Source: Dictyostelium discoideum | Lineage: Eukaryota | Direction of reading: 5' to 3' | NCBI GenBank assembly: GCA_000004695.1 | Contig: CM000151.3 | Coordinates: 6,976,001-7,040,000, forward strand | DNA: 64,000 nucleotides | In this document: positions 52,602 to 64,000 of the stretch, in pieces | How positions within the stretch are numbered: position 1 is the stretch's first letter | Layout: each line of letters starts with the position of its first letter | The notes under the pieces: generated by a model | What the model was told of the DNA's origin: nothing | Seen by the model: the letters and a program-made list of their open reading frames with translations, nothing else | The model's database searches: none | Program-made: the position numbers and the translations under genes

Positions 52602-53201
52602 ATGACAACCCTCTTTGATATTTTAAATACACTCAACAACAATAACAATAATAATAATTATACAGGTTGTAAAAGACAATACTCTATTAATAAAAGAGTT
52701 GATATAATACCATCAATGGATGTAACATTAACAAATGATAAATTAATCATTGAAACAGAATTAACAGGTGTCTCAAAGAATGATATAGATATTAATATTA
52801 AAGATTCAATTCTCATCATTCAAGGTGAAAAGAAAAAGAGTATAATTAAAAATCAACAACAACAACAACAACAACAACAACTCGAAAATTCAAATAATAA
52901 AGAAAATGATGAACCATCAATAGAAGAATTTGAAGAAGATGTTAAATCAAAATCAGAGTTAAATAAAACAACTTTAAATACCACTGAAAATAAAGATGAA
53001 GATAAAACAACACAAAACATTAATAAAGAGTTTATATCAGAAAGATCATTTGGTAATTTTAAGAGATATTTAAATCTTTCAGAAATTTTATACCAATTAG
53101 ATTTAAATTCAATTGATACTCAATTTGAAAATGGTTTATTAACAATTACAATTAAAAAAAAGTTTGATAGTTCAAACACAATTAAAATTAATATTAATTA
53201 A
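52602..53201 (+). CDS. Small heat-shock protein (alpha-crystallin/Hsp20 domain), Dictyostelium hspG-type, with a 12-residue poly-Q.
   Basis: 199-aa ORF. The ACD pattern is [45 protein letters not shown]...[43 protein letters not shown]. Confidence 0.8.
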   Translation: MTTLFDILNTLNNNNNNNNYTGCKRQYSINKRVDIIPSMDVTLTNDKLIIETELTGVSKNDIDINIKDSILIIQGEKKKSIIKNQQQQQQQQQLENSNNKENDEPSIEEFEEDVKSKSELNKTTLNTTENKDEDKTTQNINKEFISERSFGNFKRYLNLSEILYQLDLNSIDTQFENGLLTITIKKKFDSSNTIKININ

Positions 53202-54649
53202 ACTTTTGGTGAATATATAAAATAAAAATAATTTTTTAAACTTTAATGTATAAATAAAATTAAAAATAAGTTTTTTTATTTTTTTAAAATAAGTTTATAT
53301 ATATATTCTTTTTTTATTTTTAAATATTTGGTCGGTCCCTTTTTTAATAAATAAGTTTTTGTTATATGATTCGTACTTTAATTTTTCTAATTGTTTTTTT
53401 TTTTTTTAATAGTTTACAAAGTTTGGTCTTGTAAAGAAAGTTGTTGAACTCTTATTTGAAACAGTATTACATGTTAAATCAAATGGATTTAAATTAGAAT
53501 CATTTGATAATAATAATGATTTTGATGATGTTACGTTTGATGATTTATTTGATAATGAAATAATTGATTCTAAATATAAATAAAAATAATAATTAGTAAT
53601 TTGTTTATCAATAAATTTTTTTTTTATAAAAAAACATACTGAATAACATTTTTTTTTATAGTCTTTATACAATAAATTTATAATATTTATTGTTTAATTG
53701 ATAATTGATTTTGTTTTAATTTAAATCAAAAAAAAAAAGATTTCTATATATACTTTTTTTTATTTTAAATTTATTTTTTTTATTTTTTTATTTTTTATAA
53801 TTTACCACACCAAAATAATTACCCCTTTGGTCAACCACTACTTAACCCTAAACAAGAGATATTGAATTTTTATTATTTTGAAAGGATTATATGTTGACAT
53901 ACAAGTAAAATAATAAAGTTAATAAAATTTATTTGGGAAGTATGATACTAACAAGTACAAGATTATGATTTAATATCTTTTGATTATAAAACCATTTTTT
54001 TTTTTTTTTTTTTATTAATCATTTTTTATTTTTCTCAATAAATTAATATGTTTATATCATCATTGTTAAATTAAATTTATAAAATAATTGCAAACATCAT
54101 TTCCATCATTAAAATCATCATTTAAAATCCTCAATTATTTTTATTATAATATTTTTAAATCAATCAAATGGAAAAAAAAAAATGAAAATTGACATGTATC
54201 GATAGAAATTAGGTATTTTTTTCATTTTTGATTATGGTAATTATGTAGTTTTAATGGATGTTTTGATTTAAAAAGGTAATAGTTAAATTCGAAATTGTGT
54301 GATGTTTTTATAAATGAAGATATTAAAAAAAAAATACAACTTAATAAATTTTTTTTTCAATTTTTAATTAAATTTGTATATCTATTATTTTAATTACCTT
54401 ACACTATAATTTTTCTTCTTTTTTTTTTCCAATTTTGTATTTCACTTAATTTTAAAAAGAATTCTAAGATACGATCATGGCAAAATCATTAATACTTTGA
54501 TAGAAATTCAAAATGCAAACATTTTTTATCTTCATATAAAAGGAATTAAAAAAAAAAGAAAGAATTTATAGGTTTTTTTTTTTAAATAATTTTCAATACA
54601 TAGATAAATGCAAAATAAAAACAAAAATACCAAAAATATTTATAATAAC

Positions 54650-54830
54650 AATATAATAGAATTGATATACCATCAATGGGTGACATTGACAAATAATGAA
54701 TTAATAATTGAAACAGAATCAATAGGTGTTTCAAATTATAGATAATAATATTAAATATTAAATTATAATCATTTATGGTGAAAAGAATCAAAACATTATT
54801 AAACAACAACATTTAATCTTCAATTTTCAA
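54650..54830 (+). pseudogene. Second decayed sHSP fragment, paralogous to the 51045 fragment.
   Basis: ataccatcaatgggtgacattgacaaaTAAtgaattaataattgaaacagaatcaataggtgtttcaaat...tggtgaaaagaatcaaaacattattaaacaacaacattt. It occupies the same position in its unit, about 3.5 kb from the first. Confidence 0.65.
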
Positions 54831-56091
54831 AAAAAAGAAAAAAACATTAACAAAAATTAATTAACATAATATTTCATTTTTTCAAAGAATATAAAATTAT
54901 TTAATTTTATTATACTATTTTTTATTTTAAATATTGGTCGGTCCCTTTTTAATAAATAAGTTTTTGTTTTATGATTTCGTACATTAATTTTTTTTTTTTA
55001 AAAGTTTACAAAGTTTGGTCTTGTAAAGTATGTTGTTGAACTCTTATTTGAAACAGTATTACATGTTAAATTGAATGAATTTAAATTAGAATCATTTGAT
55101 AATAATGATTTTGATGATGTAACATTTGATGATAATGAAATAATTGATTCTAAAAATTAATAAAAATTATAATTAGCAATTTGTTTTTCATTTGTTTTTA
55201 TTTTTTTTTCTTTTCTAAATATACATACTAAATAACATTTTTTTTAAGGTATTTATTATTTTTTATTTTTTTAATATATTTTGTTTTAATAATCGATTTT
55301 ATTTTTGATTAAAAAAAAAAAAAAAAATTTCTATTTATATTTTTTTTTTTTTCCAGATTTTTTTTTCTTTTTTTTCTTTTTTACCCCAGTAAAAAAAAAA
55401 AAAATTAATACTGGTCTAAAACTACTAATCCCTTTTCAATAGATATTGAATTTTTTATTATTTTAGTAAAATGTTTATATAGACATACAAGTAAAATAAA
55501 AAAGTAAATAAAAAAAAAACCAAGGAGTATGACACTAACAAGTAAAGGATTATAATTTTATTATTTTTTTTTTTTTTTTTTCAAAAAAAAAAAAATTTAT
55601 TTTTACATTTTTCCCAACCACTTTAAATATTTTTCCCACAACATGTATGATTCTATCATCATTGTTAATGTTTTGTAAAAAAATATTTTAATTATCACAC
55701 AAACATCATTTTAAACCATACCCATTATTTATTTAATTATTTAAAATGATTATAAAAAAAAAGAAAATTAATAAGGGGTTGGTGGAGTTGCAAAATTTTT
55801 TTTTTTTTTTTTTTTTGAATTTCATTTGTTTTTCACACAAATTTTAAAAAGAATTTAAAGACATTTCGATGTCATAATCAATAATACTTCATATGAAATT
55901 CAAGATGCAAACAAATTTATAAGTGTCATTGGAAAATAAATTGAAAATGAAAAAAAAGAAAACATATAAATTCTTTTTTTTTTTTTTTTTTTAAATAATT
56001 ACCATAACATAAATAAAACAAACATACAAATAAAATTTATTACAAATAAAAGCACCAATAATATTAATAATAACAAAAATATATAATTAAA

Positions 56092-56775
<684 letters not shown>

Positions 56776-56968
56776 ACTTTTTGTAAATAAATATATAAAA
56801 TAAACTTTTTGTAAATAAATATAAAATAAACATAATGTATAAGTATAAGTAAAATTAAAATAAGTTTGTATTTTATATTTTTTAATATTATTTTTTATTT
56901 TTAAATATTTTAGTCGGTCCCTTTTTAAATAAATAAGTTTTTGTTTTATAATTCGAGCATTAATTGGC

Positions 56969-57003
<35 letters not shown>

Positions 57004-58202
57004 GTTTACAAAGTTTGGTCTTGTAAAGAAAGTTGTTGAACTCTTATTTGAAACAGTATTACATGTTAAATCAAATGAATTTAAATTAGAATCATTTGAT
57101 AATAATGATTTTGATGATGAAACATTTGATGATTTATTTGATAATGAAATAATTGATTCTAAAAATAAATAAAAATAATAATTAATTAGTAATTTGTTTA
57201 TTAATTTTTTTTTTTTTTTTTTAAAAAATACATACTGAATAACATTTTTTTTTTAGTTTTTTAAATATTTATTAAAATAATATTTTATTTTATAATTGAT
57301 ATATTTTGTTTTTTATTTTAACAATTAAAAAAAATTCTATTTATACTTTTTTATTTTTTATTTTTTTTTTCTTTTTTTAATATACCCCACTAAATAATTA
57401 CCCCATTTCTAACCACTATTAAACCCTTAACTTGAGATAATTTTTTTTTTTTTTTTTGTAAAAATTTATATGTTGACATACAAGTTAAATAATAAAGTAA
57501 ATAAAATTTATTCGGGAAGTATGATACTAACAATTACGAGATTATGATTTTTTTTTGATTATAAAGTGTGTTTATTTTTTTATATATCATTTTTTATTAT
57601 TCTCCATGATTCTATCACCATTTTTTATTATTCTCCTTTTTTCTATCATCATTGTTAAATTCATTTTATAAAATATTTTTTTCTTCATATACATCATTTA
57701 AATTATCATTTTTAAATTTAAATAATATAATTTTTGAAGGGAATAAATATGAAAATTCATCATCGTTGGAATAATAGAGTTTTTTTTTTTTTTTTTTTAT
57801 TATTATTAGTCATATAGATGGTTGTTTTGATTTAAAAAGGTTGCAATAAAATTCTTAATTGATTAGTTTGGTTAAAATTAGGTAAATTGTATCATGATAA
57901 TTTTAAAATTGCCTTAAAAAGTAAAAAAAGTGGAAATGGAATTTCCTTTTTGAAAAAAAAAAAAAAAAAAAAATTATACTTCACATATAAAGATTTTTGT
58001 TTCTTGTCTAAACCTTTGATAGAAATTCAAGATGTAAACAAATTTATTAGTTTCATATAAATCAAAATAAATATATTAAAAAAATAAAATATTAAATTAA
58101 TTGAATCTAGAAAGTGAAAAAAGAAATTAAAAAAAGAAACAATAAAAACCAAAAAAAAAAAAAATTAACAACATCTTTTTATGGTTTTTTTGAATTCAAG
58201 AT

Positions 58203-58238
<36 letters not shown>

Positions 58239-59595
58239 AATTAGGTTTAGAAAAAAATACAATTTATTATTTATAAAAGATTTTACAAAAAATTAAATAA
58301 TAAATTTTTTTTTATTCTAGTTTTTATTTTATACATTGGTCGGTCCCTTTTTAATAAATAAGTTTTGTTTATGATTCGAACATTAATTTTTTTTTTTTTT
58401 TTTTTTTTTTTAATAGTTTACAAAGTTTGGTCTTGTAAAGAATGTTGATGAACTCTTATTTGATACAGTATTACATGTTAAATCGAATGAATTTAAATTA
58501 GAATCATTTGATAATAATGATTTTGATGATGAAACATTTGATGATTTATTTGATAATGAAATAATTGATTCTAAAAATAAAAAAAAAAAAATTTATTAGT
58601 AATTTGTTTTTTTATTTGTTACTATTTTTTTTTTTTAAAAAAAATAAAAATACATACTGAATAACATTTTTTTTATAGGTTTTATTTAATTAGTTTTAAA
58701 TTTTATTTGATTTTAAATTGATTTATTTTTGAAATGAAAAAAAAAAAAAAATTTCTATTTATACTTTTAAATTTTTATTAATCCCATTTTAAACCTAAAC
58801 AAGAGATATTAAATTTTTTAATTTTTAGTAAAATTAATATGTTGACATACATTTAAAATAATAAGTATATATTTTATTCGAGAAGTATGATACTAACAAG
58901 TACAAGATTATGATTTTAATATCTTTTAATAAAAAAAAAGTTTTTTTTTTTTTTTTTAAATCATTTTTATTATTTTCACATACTAAAAAATATGATTCTA
59001 TCGTCACTGTTAAATTAATTTTATAAAATAATTGTAAACATCATAAACATCATTTAGAATCCTCAATTATTTAATTTTTTTTATTTAAATTGCCAATATC
59101 ATTGGAAAATCTTTTTTTTTATTTTTTTTTTATTTTTTTTTATTTATTTTTATTTTTTTTTATTTTTTTTTATTAATTTTTATTTTTTTTTTGGGTCTTT
59201 CGGATTATTATTTGCGAAGTAATTTGTAATTGTAATGAAAAAAATAATTAATAATAAATACATTATAGAGTAAATGATATCATTAACTTGACACCATTTC
59301 TTTTTTTTTAAAAAAAAACAATTTTCATTGATTCAATATCTTCCTATTAATTTTTTGTATAAAAATAAAAATAAAAATAACAAAAATAAAAATAAAAAAT
59401 AATTAATAGAAAATAAAAAAAAAAACAAAACCCAAAAAAAAAAACAAAAACCTTCCAAAAAAAACGAGCCAAAAAAAAAAAACCAAAAAAAAAAACCTAT
59501 TTTAAATTATTTTTATTTTTAAACAATGTATGTTTTTAAAAAAAAGAAAAAAGGGGGAATCTTTTTTGATTGAAAAATTACAATTATTAATAGTT

Positions 59596-60336
59596 TTAGT
59601 TGATTTTTGGAATTTTGTTAAGTAATGATTTTAATTTTGGTTGAGATAAAATAGGAGAATTTAAACAAATACTTGGTAATTGGAAGTTTGATGAATCAGC
59701 AGATGGTTCGTAATAGTAAAAGTTGGTCAATGAATTACCACTTGGTGAACCATTAGCATTTTGAGCAGATGCAGAGATCAATGAACAATCGGATTTATCA
59801 ACAAAGAGATATTGATTTGTACTGTTACCTAAAATGCTTGGATACATAAACAAATCACATTCGACTGAACCTATTTCAGCATCACTAACATACTTTAAAT
59901 TTTCAAAGACTGGGATAGAGTATGTCAATGTCTCTAAGAAACAATATTCATTTCCATTTAATTCAATATTAACATATTGAGTATTATTTCCATTGAAACC
60001 CCAAAGTTTACCTTTAGTAACAGAGTTTTCAGTATCCATTTCAAAATCAACATACAATTGTCCACCAACAAAATCAATATCAACTGTACCAGATTCCATA
60101 TAAGAAGTTTGAGTAATGTCTCCGTTTGAAGTTGGGGTATTTGCATTAAAAGCTATTTGGACAAATGAAGTAGAATAACCAGTTGGAAAGTTAGAACTTG
60201 ATGTAAAACATTGTTGTTGGCCAACTTTATTTTCAAGTTTCGAAAAATCAACATTATTATTTACACCCAATTTAAGGGATTCACCACAATTGAATGCAAT
60301 TGTAAATAATAAAATTAAAGATAATAATAATTTCAT
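59596..60336 (-). CDS. Secreted protein of unknown function (signal peptide MKLLLSLILLFTIAFNCG; 246 aa), copy 1.
   Basis: Complete ORF. Asn/Ser/Thr-rich with several NxS/T sites and 6 Cys. Confidence 0.65.
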   Translation of the reverse strand: MKLLLSLILLFTIAFNCGESLKLGVNNNVDFSKLENKVGQQQCFTSSSNFPTGYSTSFVQIAFNANTPTSNGDITQTSYMESGTVDIDFVGGQLYVDFEMDTENSVTKGKLWGFNGNNTQYVNIELNGNEYCFLETLTYSIPVFENLKYVSDAEIGSVECDLFMYPSILGNSTNQYLFVDKSDCSLISASAQNANGSPSGNSLTNFYYYEPSADSSNFQLPSICLNSPILSQPKLKSLLNKIPKIN

Positions 60337-61748
60337 TTTAATGATTTTTTAATTTTTTTAATTATTTGTTTTGGAAATATTTTTTTTTTTTTATTGATTG
60401 ATTTTAATAATTTAATAAATTTTTTTTTTTTTTAATTTATACAAAATTTTTTTAACTATTTGTTTTAAAAATTTTATTGTTTTTTACTTTAATTTTCAGT
60501 TTCCAAAAATTAATAAGATTTTTCTTTTGAAGTATTGGTTGATTGGTGTTTTGATATTTTTATTTTTTTATTTTTTTTTTATTTTTGAAAAAGATATTTT
60601 TGGATTTTTTTCACTGAAAAAAACAAGTTTTTTGAAAAGTACAAAAAATTAAAATCTAATAATGGTCAGGGATGACGTAAAAAAAAATCCAAAAAAAAAC
60701 ACAATTTTTTTCTTTTTTTATTATTACATCCAAAATATAATTTATTACAAAAATAAATAATAAACATAATTAAATAATTTTTTTTTTTTTTTTAAATTAT
60801 TTTTTATTTTCTTTTTATTTTATATTTGGTCGTTCCCTTTTTAATAAATAAGTTTTTGTTTTATGATTGGTACTTAAAATTATAATTTTTTTTTTTTTTT
60901 TTTTTAATAGTTTACAAAGTTTGGTCTTGTAAAGAATGTTGATGAACTCTTATTTGAAACAGTATTACATGTTTAATCGAATGAATTTAAATTAGAATCA
61001 TTTGATAATAATGATTTTGGTGATTCAAATTTAAAATATAATAATCCTATTTATACTTTTTTTTTTTTTTTTTTTTTTTTGACAAAATAAATTGATAAAG
61101 GATTTTTTTTTTTTTTAACAAAAGAATTTAAAAATAAAAAAATAAAAAAATAAAAAAATAAAAAAAGTATAAATAGGATTATAAGAAAATATAAAAAGAA
61201 AAAAAAAAAAGGATAAATAGGATTATTATATTTTAAATTTATAAATTAGAAACAAATGAAAATTGTTTTTTTAAAAAAGAAACTGTGTTATGAATAAATT
61301 AAATAATCAAAAAAAAAAATATTTTTTATAATTCCTTCATTTATAATCTCAAACTTTCTCAGTGTATCCAATCCTTTAAAAAAAGATAAAAAAATAAAAA
61401 AAATTTAATATGAAATTAAATCATTTCCAATGATATTAACAAATTTTAATTTTTGTCGTCATTTAAAATTAAGTATTAGAATGATGATATGTAAAAGATT
61501 TTTTAAACTATTTTATAATATCAATTAACAATGATGATGGGACCATATTTTTTTAATGAGAAAAATAAATTAAAATGATTAATAATAAAAACAAATTTTA
61601 AAAATTAAAAGATTATCTTTCACTTGTACTTGTTTATGCCGTACTCTATTTATTTGCTTTATTATTTTACTTGTATGTCAACATAAAAATTTTTGTAAAA
61701 ATAATTAAAATTAATTGTGGTTAATAAGGGGGTTATTATTCAGTGTTT

Positions 61749-61804
<56 letters not shown>

Positions 61805-61926
61805 TATTTTTAATTATTTTTATTTTAAGAAAATTAAGGATTTAATATGTTTTTGAAAAAAGAAAAAAAATGGGTGGAGTGAATCTTTTTTGATTGAAAA
61901 ATTATTATTATTCGAAATTAATAATT

Positions 61927-62667
61927 TTAGTTGATTTTTGGAATTTTGTTAAGTAATGATTTTAATTTTGGTTGAGATAAAATAGGAGAATTTAAACAAA
62001 TACTTGGTAATTGGAAGTTTGATGAATCAGCAGATGGTTGGTAATAGTAAAAGTTGGTTAATGAATTACCACTTGGTGAACCATTAGCATTTTGAGCAGA
62101 TGCAGAGATCAATGAACAATCGGATTTATCAACAAAGAGATATTGATTTGTACTGTTACCCAAAATGCTTGGATACATAAACAAATCACATTCGACTGAA
62201 CCTATTTCAGCATCACTAACATACTTTAAATTTTCAAAGACTGGGATAGAGTATGTCAATGTCTCTAAGAAACAATATTCATTTCCGTTTAATTCAATAT
62301 TAACATATTGAGTATTATTTCCATTGAAACCCCAAAGTTTACCTTTAGTTACAGAGTTTTCAGTATCCATTTCAAAATCAACATACAATTGTCCACCAAC
62401 AAAATCAATATCAACTGTACCAGATTCCATATAAGAAGTTTGAGTAATGTCTCCGTTTGAAGTTGGGGTATTTGCATTAAAAGCTATTTGAACAAATGAA
62501 GTTGAATAACCATTTGGAAAGTTAGAACTTGATGTAAAACATTGTTGTTGATTAACTTTATTTTCAAGTTTAGAATAATCAACATTATTATTTACACCCA
62601 ATTTAAGGGATTCACCACAATTGAATGCAATTGTAAATAATAAAATTAAAGATAATAATAATTTCAT
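61927..62667 (-). CDS. Secreted protein, copy 2. It differs from copy 1 by 4 aa (F31Y, G38N, T52N, E210Q). Flanks are conserved 2331 bp apart.
   Basis: Complete ORF. 5' and 3' flanks are nearly identical to the 59596 copy (for example gaatcttttttgattgaaaaatta upstream and cattttaatgattttttaatttttttaattatttgttttggaaatatttttttt downstream). Confidence 0.65.
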   Translation of the reverse strand: MKLLLSLILLFTIAFNCGESLKLGVNNNVDYSKLENKVNQQQCFTSSSNFPNGYSTSFVQIAFNANTPTSNGDITQTSYMESGTVDIDFVGGQLYVDFEMDTENSVTKGKLWGFNGNNTQYVNIELNGNEYCFLETLTYSIPVFENLKYVSDAEIGSVECDLFMYPSILGNSTNQYLFVDKSDCSLISASAQNANGSPSGNSLTNFYYYQPSADSSNFQLPSICLNSPILSQPKLKSLLNKIPKIN

Positions 62668-63624
62668 TTTAATGATTTTTTAATTTTTTTAATTATTTGT
62701 TTTGGAAATATTTTTTTTTAATTATTTGTAAATTAATTTTTGATTGATTTTAATAATTTAAAAAAAATTTTTTTTAATTTATACAAAATTTTTAAATTAT
62801 TTGTAATTTTTTTTTTTTATATTTTTTGTTTTATAATTTTTTTACTTTAATTTTCAGTTTTCATTTGAGAATAAAAAAACGATTTTTCTTTAGAATTAAC
62901 CAGATCCAATTGTGATTTGAAATTTTTATTTTTTTTTTTACACGTGTATTTTTTTTTTATTTTGAAAATAGATATTTTTAGATTTTTTGTCTAAAAAAAC
63001 AAGTTGAATAAAAAACATAAAAATTAATATTAAATTAAATGATAAGGTTACAAAATAAAATCATAAATATCACAACATTACATCTTTTTTCAAAAAAGAA
63101 ATTTTTTTTTTTTTAATAAAAAAAAAAATAAATTAAATGAAACAATGGTGGTGTTTTTTTTTTTTAAAAAAATTATTTTTTATTCTTTTTTTATTTTATA
63201 CATATGGTCGTTCCCATTTTAATAAATAAGTTTTTTTTTATGACTCGTTCTTTAATCAATTTTTTTGATTGTTTTTTTTTTTTTTTTTTAATAATTTACA
63301 AAATTTGGTCTTGTAAAAAATGTTGATGAACTCTTATTTGAAACAGAATTACATGTTAAATCGAATGAATTTAAATTAGAATCATTTGATAATAATGATT
63401 TTGATGATGAAACATTTGATGATTTATTTGATAATGAAATAATTGATTCTAAAAGTAATAAAATAAATTAATTAGAATTTTGATTATTAATTTTTTTTTT
63501 TTTTAAAAAAAATACATACTGAATAACATTTTTTTTTTTTATAGGTTTTATTTAATAATTTTATATTTTGATTAAATTGATTTTTTTTTGATTTAAATAA
63601 AAAAAATAATGATCCTATTTATAC

Positions 63625-63673
<49 letters not shown>

Positions 63674-64000
63674 AACACTGAATAATAATAACCCCCCTTT
63701 TATACCACAATTAATTTTAATTATTTTACAAAAATTTTTATGTTGACATAAAAGTAAAATAATAAAGTAAAAAATTTTTATTAGGGAAGTATCATACAAA
63801 CAAGTAAAAGATAATAAAATCATAATCTTTTTTTTATAAAATTTTTTTTTTTTTTTTTTTTTAATAATTTTTATTTATTTTCCTCTTTAAAAAAAATATG
63901 ATTCTATCATCATTGTAAAATTGTTATTATAAAATAGTTGAAAACATCGTTTCCATAATTATAATCATCATTCTAATACTCAATAACTTAATTTTAAATG

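Noticed and set aside
53406-53672. 88-aa Ser-rich minus-strand ORF overlapping one copy of the conserved small acidic exon.
   Set aside because: It is open in only one of the eight repeat copies. The plus-strand acidic frame is open in six copies with a conserved acceptor, so the minus ORF is treated as antisense noise.

Overview
This window reads as nuclear DNA from a Dictyostelium-type social amoeba, not a prokaryote. It is about 78% A+T overall, with runs of poly(A) and poly(T) between genes. Coding regions carry (CAA)n poly-Q and (AAT)n poly-N tracts. Introns are short and AT-rich, with GTAAGT or GTATGT donors and (T)nAG acceptors. I can support about 30 protein-coding genes, most with one to four small introns.

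Genes recognised from their translations:
- an RsuA/RluB-type pseudouridine synthase
- an auxilin-type J-domain protein with a BAR-like N-terminus
- an IFI6/IFI27-like glycine-rich membrane protein
- the ER Hsp70 BiP (ends in HDEL)
- three tandem syntaxin-16/Tlg2-like Qa-SNAREs
- an OSR1/SPAK (Fray)-like STE20 kinase with a long RS/RD tail
- MsrA, with a cryptic second exon
- a tRNA-Pro(UGG)
- a Pmp-repeat beta-helix surface protein
- MUS81
- a PX-domain gene with a frameshift
- an NAD-dependent epimerase/dehydratase
- a DUF1365 protein
- a DGAT1/ACAT-type MBOAT acyltransferase
- a secreted cysteine-rich protein
- a small proline-rich protein

The distal 14 kb (about 49.6 to 64 kb) is a complex tandem array of 1.4-2.5 kb units. 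It carries two small-HSP (alpha-crystallin domain) paralogs with very different poly-Q lengths, two decayed sHSP fragments, eight copies of a conserved small acidic exon, and two near-identical secreted-protein genes.

The most unusual signals are these:
- The syntaxin triplication has a divergent middle copy that lost an intron and its zero-layer glutamine.
- A microhomology-mediated chimeric duplication joins the 3' ends of the J-domain gene and BiP.
- The sHSP and small-ORF repeat array.
- The split msrA, whose second exon restores the C-terminal cysteines.
- The frameshifted PX gene.

All coordinates come from manual reading of the sequence. Splice boundaries are approximate to within a few nucleotides where noted.
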